Both the position numbers and the translations under genes were made by a program. The notes under the pieces are model-generated. The model was not told the origin of the DNA. It did no database searches and saw only the letters and a list, made by a program, of their open reading frames with translations. Below, one piece after another: positions 29,076 to 38,608 of a stretch of 64,000 nucleotides of DNA (position 1 is its first letter; every line of letters begins with the position of its first letter). This DNA comes from Nitrospinaceae bacterium (GTDB lineage Bacteria; Nitrospinota; Nitrospinia; Nitrospinales; Nitrospinaceae): the NCBI GenBank assembly GCA_965223665.1, contig OZ245011.1:512001-576000 (forward strand), written 5' to 3'.

Positions 29076-31487
29076 TTAATTCTTCGGATTTAAATAAGGT
29101 TCAGTAGATTGATTTTCTTTAAAGAATATATTCACTTGATTTATAAATTGACCCAATTTCATTTCATTATCAAATTCAAAAATTAAATCAGTTCTTCCTA
29201 CGGTTCGAAATAAGGCAAATAAGTCTTTAAAAAATTGATATCGTGTTCTTGTGGCGCTAGTGATACTAAGTATTAGCCGCGTTTGACTGTCTAAAAGATC
29301 GATAACGGGAAGATCACCTTCTAAATAAGAAATTTCTGCAAGTTTTAAATTTTCTTTTGACGAATTTACATTTCGGAGTGCAAACTCCAGATTCTTTCTT
29401 GATCGAAATAAATTAAATAACCCGGATCGTGATCTTTGAGATAAAGAGTTTTTTAAACTATTAACTCTGGCCTGAAATTCCAAAATTTGAGAATTAGCTT
29501 GTTCCAATTGTTTAAATCTTGCTCCACCTAAAAATAAAGGAATATCCAATCGAAATTGAGCTTGCCAACCATCCCCGAATCTATTTTCAAAAGTTTGTTG
29601 TTGTGGTGGGGTAAAATTTTGCGAGCTATCCTGGAATTGATTAAAATATTCTGCTTGCAACTTGGCAGTGGGATAAAATTGAGATAACACTTGGTCTTTT
29701 TGGACATTTGCCCGTTTTAAATTTGTCTTTAGAGCTTTCAAGTCCGGAGAATTATTTAAGGACTCTTGTTCAAAAAAATCCCGAAAAGTTTTAATTTGTT
29801 TCATGGTTAATAAATATTTAGAAAAACGATTGCCTCGCTTGGAATAATCTTTTTCAGAAAAGGAACCTTCTTCAAATTTATGAGCCGTTTCTCTGGGAAG
29901 GTTTAAAAGATTATTTAAAATGACTTGAGCACGAAATTGAAATTCTTTGGCATCCATCAAATCGATTCGTGCATTTTCCAACTCAATATTTAATCGCAAG
30001 ATGTCGCTTTTTCCGGTTTCACGAGTTTTGAACTTTAATTCTGCCAAACTTTGATTTTTCCGTATTACATTTAAATAATCTTTTTGGATGTTTACTAACT
30101 CATATCCTAAAAGGTTGTCTAAGTAAGCAAGGCTTACCTGCTCAATGATATCCTGATTTAAAACCTCCAGGTTCTGCTTTTCAATTTTATTGGTAACTTT
30201 TGCAGTTTCAATAGATTTGGAGAGTTGCCGATCATACAACCTTTGCTCTAATTGAATCTCCCATTTTGCCTCACCACGGGGTTGAAGAAAAGCATCTGCT
30301 CTGCTTTTGTTGGTCCTATTGTAGTTTAGGCCTGTAGTTACTTGTGGATAAAAACCTCTCTTAGTGATTTCTACATCTAGGTATGCTTGGTTTTGAAAAA
30401 GAGCTTGTGCTTTAATGTCATAATTTTGATTCAAAGCAAGTTGGATTGCCTTTTTAAAAGTTAATAAAGGATTTTCCTTGGTTTTTCCATACATTCTAGC
30501 TTCATCTAAAAAATCAAAAGGAATGTGATAACCAATCTTTTCTGCAGTTTCAAGATTGAAAATGAGTTCTGCACTTTTAAAGTCTATTACGGGGATTTGA
30601 TCTGTTGGAGTATTGTTTATTATATCGTAAAGCTTGAGCGCAAAGTTTCTTCCCATCCGAGAGGTATTGTAGTCATGGATGGAGACTAGAGCGCCTTTTT
30701 TAATTCCGTTTAATCCGTCCACAGTGAAACTTACAATTCTTCTTTTTATCAAAAGATTATAAAGATCCACCATTTGCTTATCTGTGAAACCTTTTAGTGG
30801 TTCTACAATCGCTAAGGAGGTGTTTAATTTACTTATTATTTCAGGATAGTTTTGGGGAGTAATGATAACTACTTTGGCTTTAGAATCACCTTTTACAAAA
30901 TTTTCTATCAAGCTTGGTATTTGGGAGTTAAACCCACAAATAACTTTTGGGCATAATATTGCAAACTTTTTTACTGGCAGCAGTTTAGGAAAAATTTTTA
31001 AAGTGTTTTCAACATATGTTGGGTCAAAGGAGGTTGTCCAATTAGGATTTATCGGTTTGAAAGTTTTTGGGGATAACATTCCTAATCCTGTAGGAAGAAT
31101 AAAATCCATGGCCACTACAGGAATAGGAAGAGGAGTTTGTTTTGAAAAATACAAACTCGAACCCATTCCAAATGAAATAATGGCATCTAATTTTGAATTT
31201 AAGAGTGTTGCTGCATATTTTTTTATCTTTTGGGGATCATATTGAGCATTTAAATTAAATTGTTTAGGATAGACAATTTTGAATTGACCATCATTCAGTT
31301 TATCCAACTCTATTTTCACTTTAGATATGAGAGGAGAGTTATACCAATATGGACCGTCTTGTAATATGCCTATTTGGATCGTTCTCTTTTTTTTTAGAAT
31401 AGTTTTAGCTTGTAGGTTTATATTTAGAGAAAAAATAAAAATTAAAAAAACGGTGAAAAAGAAACATCTATACATGCTTTTCCCCAT
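29076..31487 (-). CDS. TolC-family outer membrane protein with an extra N-terminal domain of about 330 aa
   Basis: The C-terminal about 460 aa are TolC-like (FYPQV, FYPTA, YLEGDLPVIDLLDSQ). The N-terminal part resembles ABC substrate-binding folds (LIFNLETAEKIGYHIP). Confidence 0.85.
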   Translation of the reverse strand: MGKSMYRCFFFTVFLIFIFSLNINLQAKTILKKKRTIQIGILQDGPYWYNSPLISKVKIELDKLNDGQFKIVYPKQFNLNAQYDPQKIKKYAATLLNSKLDAIISFGMGSSLYFSKQTPLPIPVVAMDFILPTGLGMLSPKTFKPINPNWTTSFDPTYVENTLKIFPKLLPVKKFAILCPKVICGFNSQIPSLIENFVKGDSKAKVVIITPQNYPEIISKLNTSLAIVEPLKGFTDKQMVDLYNLLIKRRIVSFTVDGLNGIKKGALVSIHDYNTSRMGRNFALKLYDIINNTPTDQIPVIDFKSAELIFNLETAEKIGYHIPFDFLDEARMYGKTKENPLLTFKKAIQLALNQNYDIKAQALFQNQAYLDVEITKRGFYPQVTTGLNYNRTNKSRADAFLQPRGEAKWEIQLEQRLYDRQLSKSIETAKVTNKIEKQNLEVLNQDIIEQVSLAYLDNLLGYELVNIQKDYLNVIRKNQSLAELKFKTRETGKSDILRLNIELENARIDLMDAKEFQFRAQVILNNLLNLPRETAHKFEEGSFSEKDYSKRGNRFSKYLLTMKQIKTFRDFFEQESLNNSPDLKALKTNLKRANVQKDQVLSQFYPTAKLQAEYFNQFQDSSQNFTPPQQQTFENRFGDGWQAQFRLDIPLFLGGARFKQLEQANSQILEFQARVNSLKNSLSQRSRSGLFNLFRSRKNLEFALRNVNSSKENLKLAEISYLEGDLPVIDLLDSQTRLILSITSATRTRYQFFKDLFALFRTVGRTDLIFEFDNEMKLGQFINQVNIFFKENQSTEPYLNPKN

Positions 31488-32117
31488 TCGCTCATCCTTT
31501 ATTAGAAATTGTAATTTTTTTCTAATATTACCAATCCATCATGGACATGTCTTATTAATCCTGGATTCCTTAGATCCTTTTCCCAGTTAAAGAATCCAAT
31601 TTCCAAAATTTATATGAGTTTTGCAAAATACACTAAATTTATGAGTTTTGGAAGCAAGTCTTTATGGTAAATAATTTGGGTTCGTAATTTTTTGGAATGG
31701 GTAAGAACTTTATTTTCTTAATTTGAAGGGTTAACTGAGGACTTTATAGAAAATTTAATTAGATTAGCCTAAAAGCCAAACAGGCCAATGGAAAAAAAAT
31801 AATTTTTAAGGTCTTTATTTAAAAACTTAAACCTTTTTTTATTGGAAGTTTCCTTTAATCCCTAACTTGATTGTTATTATCCTATGAGAATTTTTAGATT
31901 TTGAATTATTTAAAAAATATTTCTTTGGTGTATATTTCCTAATCAATGCTATTTTTAAATTACTTAAATAAGGGTAATATGGTTGCTTTTAACTCTCAAA
32001 TTAAAAAATTAGATATCCTCAATTAAAGTTGAAGGTTTTCGCTAATACAAAACTATAAAATGGTATAAATATGAAATTAATATTTTAGGAAAATCAAATT
32101 GGAGCACTTTCCTTTAT

Positions 32118-32909
32118 ATGAATTTAGAAATTGACAAACCCAATTCAGAAAAGAAGCATGTCGATTTATTATGGACCGGAGGTTGGGATTCGACCTTTCG
32201 TTTACTATTCTTACTTTTAGTAGAGAAAAAGAAAGTGCAACCACACTATATTATTGATGAAAGCCGAAAATCATCTGAATTTGAGTTGAAAGCAATGTCC
32301 TCAATTAAAGAAACTTTATTTGAACAATATCCTTTTACGAAGGATATGTTGTTTCCTACTGAAATAGTTCAATTATCTAAAATTAAACCAAACAAAGCTC
32401 TTTGGGACATGTGGTGGCAGTTGGAAACCAAATATGAAATAGGAGTTCAGTATGGATGGATTCCAAGATATGCGGATGAAAAGGATTTACATGATTTAGA
32501 GTTTTGTTGGGAAAAAAGAGATGTTACGGGAGAATTTTTGAAAAAATATCAATATAGATTTGTAGGGGAAGGTCATAATTGTCGAGCCCAATACCATTCA
32601 TTGGAAGATGAAGTCAGTATTTTTAGATATTTTTGTTTTCCTACTTTGCATTTATCTAAAAAAGATATGGAAAAAATCGCAGAGGAAAATGAGTTTTTAG
32701 ATATTTTAAAGATGACCTGGTTTTGCCACACTCCTAAAAAAAATGGGCAACCATGTGAAACTTGCGTTCCTTGTGTAGTTGCTAGAAAGAGTGGCCATTC
32801 CCACGGTCTTCCAAAAACTAATTTTGTGCGGGATTGGTATATAAAGACTGTTTCAAAATTAAAGAATTATGCCAGGGGTTTACAGCGCAAAATTTTTAAA
32901 ACAAATTAA
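32118..32909 (+). CDS. QueC-like PP-loop ATPase-fold protein
   Basis: LLWTGGWDST (variant SGGxDS) and C-terminal TWFCHTP...PCETCVPC Zn-binding pattern. Confidence 0.7.
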   Translation: MNLEIDKPNSEKKHVDLLWTGGWDSTFRLLFLLLVEKKKVQPHYIIDESRKSSEFELKAMSSIKETLFEQYPFTKDMLFPTEIVQLSKIKPNKALWDMWWQLETKYEIGVQYGWIPRYADEKDLHDLEFCWEKRDVTGEFLKKYQYRFVGEGHNCRAQYHSLEDEVSIFRYFCFPTLHLSKKDMEKIAEENEFLDILKMTWFCHTPKKNGQPCETCVPCVVARKSGHSHGLPKTNFVRDWYIKTVSKLKNYARGLQRKIFKTN

Positions 32910-32923
32910 CACACCCTTGATAT

Positions 32924-33994
32924 TTATAATTTTAACTTTACTAAATTCTTAAGGATGGTTGTCAATTCTTCCACACCAGTTTCTAGAGGAGAAACAACCG
33001 GTTGGCCAACTTTAGCCTTCAGTTGTTGTTTTTCCAATTCCAACTCCTCCGGAGGCAAGTTTTCGGTATTTAAACAAATCGCTAAAACTTCTGCACCATA
33101 AGCTTCAATCAGATTAATTTCACTTTCAATTGATGGGATTTCCAGTTTTAAATCTTCACTACCAAAATAATATTTCCGTCTAGAAGCATGTTGCAAAATA
33201 ACTCTTTTGGCATTTCCTGAGAGAATAAACTCAGCACCTGCAGGACCGGAAGGGTTACGTAAAGAAGCCTGACCTTCGATTAGAATAATTTCAGGTTGTT
33301 CCTTACGCCAACATTCATAAATACAATGCTCAATTTCGCCACTTACAAAGTCATTTGGTGTGGCATCAAAAATGAAACCATAATTTCCACCCTGTAACCA
33401 GCCAGTTTGCCCGGTATATATCATTTCAGCGCGAACCCCTTGTTCCTTTAATTTCTCTACTAATAAGCGAGTAGTGGTTCTTTTGCCAAGGACACAATCT
33501 GTTCCGAGAACAGCAACAATGGGACATGTGACTTGATAGATTTTTCCCTCCCAAAACTTTAACTCATTTTTTCTACTCGACTTTCGAATGTCTAAAAGTT
33601 CCACACCCTTTTGTTTAGCAAGTTTTGAGAGAGTAGGGTTATCATTTAAAAACTGATGAAGTCCGTTAATTATTGAGAGGCCAGAATTAATGGCATCTTC
33701 AAAAATTTTATTCAAGTATTTTGGAATTATTCCTCCCTGGGTGACTATACCAGTAATACAATAGTCCGGTTTATATTGTAATTCTTGTAAGGCATGTTGA
33801 ATATTTCTAAAGATAGGGGTTTCATGACACCCCGGAACAAGTTCATTTAGATTTTTACCGACAGAAGCCGGATCAATTACTCCAACAATGTTAAAACGTT
33901 CACAATATCGAATCAAGCCATGGGCAGTTTTCCCATAGGCTGTTTGTAATTTGTCGGGAGCGATTATAAGAGCATTTTTTTTCATAAACTGCAT
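32924..33994 (-). CDS. DUF1611 family protein (DgcN-like)
   Basis: GKTAHGL, GTDCVLGKRTT, TGQTGWLQG, DFVSGEIE and IEGQASL. Confidence 0.88.
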   Translation of the reverse strand: MQFMKKNALIIAPDKLQTAYGKTAHGLIRYCERFNIVGVIDPASVGKNLNELVPGCHETPIFRNIQHALQELQYKPDYCITGIVTQGGIIPKYLNKIFEDAINSGLSIINGLHQFLNDNPTLSKLAKQKGVELLDIRKSSRKNELKFWEGKIYQVTCPIVAVLGTDCVLGKRTTTRLLVEKLKEQGVRAEMIYTGQTGWLQGGNYGFIFDATPNDFVSGEIEHCIYECWRKEQPEIILIEGQASLRNPSGPAGAEFILSGNAKRVILQHASRRKYYFGSEDLKLEIPSIESEINLIEAYGAEVLAICLNTENLPPEELELEKQQLKAKVGQPVVSPLETGVEELTTILKNLVKLKL

Positions 33995-34222
33995 TAAAGA
34001 AAATATTTTAAAAAGTAGTCAAATGCCAGGAAAAGATTAAACAAAAATTTTACTTATAACATTTTATAAAGAAATCCAAAGTAAAATTCTTCCAATTTAA
34101 TCAAAATAAAAATATCACTTGAGAAATAACTTTAATAAAAAAACTCAAAATTTTAGGAAAGAATAGGGAGGTAGGAGTTTTGAAAAAGATCAATGAACAG
34201 GAGTGGACTTATTTTGAGAGGC

Positions 34223-34756
34223 CTAAGTAATGGTTTCATTTTTTAATTTTTGAAATATCAATTTGCCTGAAAAAATGGCGCCAGATCCGAAAAGAAGAAT
34301 AGCTAAAACACCGATAAAGTCTTTTTTAAAAAATAAAACCCAAAAGCCACTAATTGCAAATAAAACGGAAATTATTCCCATAAAAATTAGGGTAGGTAAA
34401 TTATAAAGCTTTAAAATTTTATTTTGGGTTTCAGAAAGCTTTAATTTTTCATTTGTTTTAGCGGAGTTTTTTGTAAGACTTTTTATTTTAAAAAAATTAT
34501 AAATGCAATAAAACGGAAGTAGGATAATAAGTAGCAATAACCCCATGCCAATTATTACTTGAAGGAATATAAAGGCGGGTAAAACTATTTTATAAATGAT
34601 CCAATAAGAATCTCTATAATATTTTTTGATTTTATCTAATTTTTCTTGGGATTCTATAATATAACCAGATCCCCAAATCCCCCTTGGAAAGAATAGTGTA
34701 TTTCCTGAATCATCTTTTTTAAAATGAACCTCTGTTAATCCGTCAAAAAAGCTCAT
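34223..34756 (-). CDS. Hypothetical membrane protein (about 4 TM)
   Basis: 177-aa ORF with two hydrophobic hairpins and an ACAGGA RBS. Confidence 0.75.
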   Translation of the reverse strand: MSFFDGLTEVHFKKDDSGNTLFFPRGIWGSGYIIESQEKLDKIKKYYRDSYWIIYKIVLPAFIFLQVIIGMGLLLLIILLPFYCIYNFFKIKSLTKNSAKTNEKLKLSETQNKILKLYNLPTLIFMGIISVLFAISGFWVLFFKKDFIGVLAILLFGSGAIFSGKLIFQKLKNETIT

Positions 34757-34872
34757 ATCTATCCTGTCTTTACACTGGTAACTATTTTAAAAAATCTATG
34801 GATTATGGGGTTGGACTTTAGAAAGGGTCCCATTAAGCAGGTTATATGGTTTAAATTAACTTAAGCAGAGAA

Positions 34873-35478
34873 TTAAAATGAATTTTCCTTTATCAACTCA
34901 GTTAGTGGCAGTTGACCTGGTTTTGGCCATGGGTCCTTGGTTCCTTTGCCAATAGCTACCAGGGGGCCCATTACATGATCTTCAGGTAGATTAATTAAGT
35001 GTGCAACCTTTTCAATATCAAAACCAATCATTGGGCAGGAATCGTATCCCATACCTTTAGCAGTTAACATTATTGTTTGCATCGCCATTCCGATGGATCT
35101 TTGGGCTTCATCACGTTGCAACCAATCTCTTCCTTCATGAAAAGGTCCCATCCAGTTTACTAGAAGCTCAGCCACTTCTTGAGGTGCATTTTGCCAATAA
35201 CGTTCAGGTCGTTTTTGCCAAGCTTTCATATCAGCGGTCATGAGGATAAGTAAGGAAGCATCAGTAATTTGAGCTTGGTCATTTCCAAATTCAGTGCGAA
35301 TTTTCTTTCTTAATTCTGGATCGCGAAGAATAACAAAACGCCAATGTTGAATATTAAAGCTGGTAGGAGCCTGAATTGCGGCTTCTAGAATTTTAGTTTC
35401 TTCCTCTTTTGATAATTTATGTTGAGGATCAAAATGTTTAACAGCTCGTCGTTGATAAATCGCGTCAAATATATTCAT
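34873..35478 (-). CDS. Nitroreductase family protein
   Basis: RRAVKHF, APTSFNIQHWRF and GYDSCPMIGFD. Confidence 0.93.
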   Translation of the reverse strand: MNIFDAIYQRRAVKHFDPQHKLSKEEETKILEAAIQAPTSFNIQHWRFVILRDPELRKKIRTEFGNDQAQITDASLLILMTADMKAWQKRPERYWQNAPQEVAELLVNWMGPFHEGRDWLQRDEAQRSIGMAMQTIMLTAKGMGYDSCPMIGFDIEKVAHLINLPEDHVMGPLVAIGKGTKDPWPKPGQLPLTELIKENSF

Positions 35479-35532
35479 TAATAAACTCCATTTATTGGAA
35501 TAAACTTATTAATAATAATTTGTGATCTTGTC

Positions 35533-37044
35533 TCAGTGTAATTGAACAATCACATTTTTGATTTGAGTATAATTTTCCAATGCATGAAGACTCATTTCCC
35601 GGCCATAGCCACTCTGTTTGTACCCGCCAAAAGGTGCATTGGCATCAAATATATTGTGGCAATTAACCCATACAGTTCCTGCTTTTAATCGGGCCGCGAT
35701 TTTATGAGCTTTGTTTATGTCTTTTGTCCACACACTGGCTGCCAGTCCATAAATGGAATCGTTGGCGCGGGCTACTATTTCATCGATGTCTTCAAAAGGC
35801 GCAGCAACCAGTACCGGACCGAAAATTTCCTCTGCAACGATATTCATCTCATTGCGGATTCCGGTGAAAACGGTAGGCTGTACATAGCAACCTGATTCTA
35901 ACGAACCAGAAAATCGCTCTCCACCAGTCAAAACTTGAGCTCCTTGTTGTTTTCCAGAATCGATGTATCCCATTACCCTGTTTTGTTGCTCGGTAGAAAC
36001 CAGAGGTCCCATTTCTGTATCCTTTGCCATACCGGGACCAATTTTAATCTGCTTAGCTTTATCGGCCACCCTCTCAACCAGTTCATCATAAACACTTTGA
36101 TGTACCATTAGTCGGGAGCCTGCCGCGCAGCATTGTCCATGATTAAAAAAGATGGCACCTGCAACTCCGGAAGCAGCCAATTCCATGTCTGCATCCGGGA
36201 ATACAATGGATGGTGATTTACCTCCAAGTTCAAGGGAAACTCTTTTAAGATTACCCGCGGAAGCTTTTACAATTTCGTGACCAACCTCAGTGCTTCCCGT
36301 AAAAGCGACCTTATCCAAGTCCGAATGATTTGCTAGAGCTGCCCCTGTATCGCCAAAACCGGTAACAATATTAACAACCCCTTTAGGAAAACCAGCCTCT
36401 TGAAATAGATCAGCAAGACGAAGCGCGGAAAGGGGTGTTTGTTCCGCTGGTTTTAAAATGACACAATTTCCTGCTGCCAGGGCAACCCCGAGTTTCCAGG
36501 CTGCCATAAGTAATGGAAAATTCCATGGAATGATTTGTCCAACCACTCCAATGGGTTCGCGGCGGGTATAGTCGAAAAATTCAGCGCCAGGTGCATAGGG
36601 CACGGATAAGTCCAGAGTTTCTCCGTGAATTTTTGTGGCTAATCCTGCGTAATAACGAAAGTGGTCTACAGTAAGCGGTACATCTGCTGCCCGAGATATA
36701 ACGAGAGGCTTACCGTTATCCAGGGTTTCAAGTTGAGCGAATTCCTCCGAATGTTGTTCGATCAGGTCCGCGAATTTCCAAATCAGTTTTCCTCTTTCAG
36801 AAACTGTCATCTTCCGCCAGGGTCCATCTTCAAAGGCTTTTCTTGCAGCTTTAACGGCCCGATTAATATCTTCGCTACCGCCTTTGGGAACGTGACACAA
36901 TACGGAAAGGTCTGAAGGATCCGTGACTTCAAATGTTTCTCCGGAGGCGGCTTCTACACGCTGACCATCAATTAAAAGTTTTAAGGGAGAATTCAAAAAA
37001 TGTCTAACTTCTTCATTGGTTTCTACTAACGTCGATGTTGTCAT
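35533..37044 (-). CDS. NAD-dependent aldehyde dehydrogenase
   Basis: PWNFPL, FTGSTEVG, LELGGKSP, GQCCAAGSR and EEIFGPV. Confidence 0.96.
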   Translation of the reverse strand: MTTSTLVETNEEVRHFLNSPLKLLIDGQRVEAASGETFEVTDPSDLSVLCHVPKGGSEDINRAVKAARKAFEDGPWRKMTVSERGKLIWKFADLIEQHSEEFAQLETLDNGKPLVISRAADVPLTVDHFRYYAGLATKIHGETLDLSVPYAPGAEFFDYTRREPIGVVGQIIPWNFPLLMAAWKLGVALAAGNCVILKPAEQTPLSALRLADLFQEAGFPKGVVNIVTGFGDTGAALANHSDLDKVAFTGSTEVGHEIVKASAGNLKRVSLELGGKSPSIVFPDADMELAASGVAGAIFFNHGQCCAAGSRLMVHQSVYDELVERVADKAKQIKIGPGMAKDTEMGPLVSTEQQNRVMGYIDSGKQQGAQVLTGGERFSGSLESGCYVQPTVFTGIRNEMNIVAEEIFGPVLVAAPFEDIDEIVARANDSIYGLAASVWTKDINKAHKIAARLKAGTVWVNCHNIFDANAPFGGYKQSGYGREMSLHALENYTQIKNVIVQLH

Positions 37045-37131
37045 TTCAAATTTTCCAGGTTATTGAATTATTAAAAAAAATTCTTAATTAAAATTTAAAA
37101 AGGAAGGAGTGTTTTTGCGTCTAAATTTTTC

Positions 37132-37179
37132 TGGTCGGGATGAGTGGATTTGAACCACCGACCCCTTCGTCCCGAACGA
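37132..37179 (-). repeat. att site: displaced 3' fragment of tRNA-Pro(CGG)
   Basis: The minus strand reads TCGTTCGGGACGAAGGGGTCGGTGGTTCAAATCCACTCATCCCGACCA: anticodon loop CGG, T-arm, 3' acceptor strand and CCA. The D-arm and 5' acceptor strand are missing, and an integrase is adjacent. Confidence 0.9.
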
Positions 37180-37361
37180 GATTAATTTGAAAAATAGTGA
37201 AAAAGCTTGAAACATTGTGAAACCTATCCTATAGTATCTCAAGGCTATAAATCAACCTAATTTTCTTTTCAGGTGGTTTCAAATCAATTCATAGTATTTA
37301 CCTTGAATTGCTACCCAAAGCGCTACCCAAGAGGTCTCTTCGCTTCGTACGAAATTTTATC

Positions 37362-38579
37362 ATGAAATTCACTGATTCTTCCATTCGATCTATAAAACCA
37401 AAGGAACAACGATTTGAAATTTGGGAAACCAATGGTAAGGGATTTGGTCTAAGAATAGCACCTACGGGAAAAAAGAGCTGGATATTTCTTTATCGCTTCA
37501 ATGGCCGACCTAGAAGAATGACCTTAGGAGAATACCCAAAAATAAGCCTTGCAGAAGCTCATACAGCCCACGCAAAAGCAAGAGAAATTTTGTTAAAGGG
37601 AAGTGATCCAGGCGAGAAAAAACTAGAGAAGAAAAAAGCGCACCAATCAGCATATACAGTTTCTAGTTTAATCGATGAATATATGGAACGCTGGGCTAAG
37701 AAAAATAAGGTTACCTGGAAAGAGGATAAAAGATGCCTAGAAAAAGATGTGATTCCATTTATTGGTGAATTTAAAGCTAAGGATATAAAACGTAGAGATA
37801 TCGTCTTGATTAGGGACCGGATTATAGATCGCGGTTCCGAGGCAATGGCAAATCGGGTTCATAATGTCTTAACTAAGCTTTTTAATTTTGCTGTAGAAAG
37901 AGGAATTTTAGATACATCACCATGCGCGGCACTAACACTACCTGCGGAAAAAGGTGAGCGTGATCGTGCTCTTGGATTTGATGAAATCAGCCTTTTTTGG
38001 AATGGTTTAGATGAAATAAGTATGGAACCATCTATTAAATTGGCATTGAAATTTCTTTTAGTCACAGGTCAAAGACGGTCGGAGGTGGTTAAAGCGGAAT
38101 GGAAGGAATTCGATTTTGACAAGGGCGAATGGGAAATTCCAGTTGAAAGAATCAAATCACGTAAACGGAAAAAGAAAAAGAAGGTTGGGCCTCATCTGGT
38201 CTCCTTAAGTGAGCTAGCAATTGAATTATTACAAGAAATAAAAAAGTTGTCCGGCCAATCAGGGTTTTTGTTTCCATCTCCAAGGACTGATTACTGCATA
38301 GGACCTGAAGTCGTAACCAGAGGATTAAGAAAAGCTTTAGACGCTAATAATGAGAATAGAATCGCATTGGAGCAATTCACGGTTCATGATTTAAGAAGGA
38401 CAATGGCAACGAGGATGGCTGAAATTGGAGTTAGTTGGTTCAATATAGCCCGAGTCCTTAATCATGAGGGGGAAGGGGTTACTGATAGATATGTTAAGTA
38501 TCAATATTTTCCCGAGAAAAAAGATGCTTTAGATCGATGGGGAAGAAAACTTGTGTCAATAACAATTCCAGATGGATAG
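37362..38579 (+). CDS. int: P4-like tyrosine integrase with N-terminal arm-binding domain
   Basis: GFGLRIAPTGKKSWIFLYR...LGEYPKISLAEA arm domain; catalytic TGQRRSE, HDLRRT, LNH and RY. ATG 37362 preferred over TTG 37308. Confidence 0.95.
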   Translation: MKFTDSSIRSIKPKEQRFEIWETNGKGFGLRIAPTGKKSWIFLYRFNGRPRRMTLGEYPKISLAEAHTAHAKAREILLKGSDPGEKKLEKKKAHQSAYTVSSLIDEYMERWAKKNKVTWKEDKRCLEKDVIPFIGEFKAKDIKRRDIVLIRDRIIDRGSEAMANRVHNVLTKLFNFAVERGILDTSPCAALTLPAEKGERDRALGFDEISLFWNGLDEISMEPSIKLALKFLLVTGQRRSEVVKAEWKEFDFDKGEWEIPVERIKSRKRKKKKKVGPHLVSLSELAIELLQEIKKLSGQSGFLFPSPRTDYCIGPEVVTRGLRKALDANNENRIALEQFTVHDLRRTMATRMAEIGVSWFNIARVLNHEGEGVTDRYVKYQYFPEKKDALDRWGRKLVSITIPDG

Positions 38580-38608
38580 CAATTAGAGATTAAAAAAAGA
38601 GGCTAAAA

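Noticed and set aside
37132-37210. Complete tRNA-Pro gene
   Set aside because: Only the anticodon loop to CCA is present. The sequence where the D-arm and 5' acceptor strand should be is unrelated AT-rich DNA.
37308-37361. TTG-initiated N-terminal extension of the integrase
   Set aside because: It overlaps the arm-type repeats. Family-like sequence begins at MKFTDSSIR (ATG 37362).
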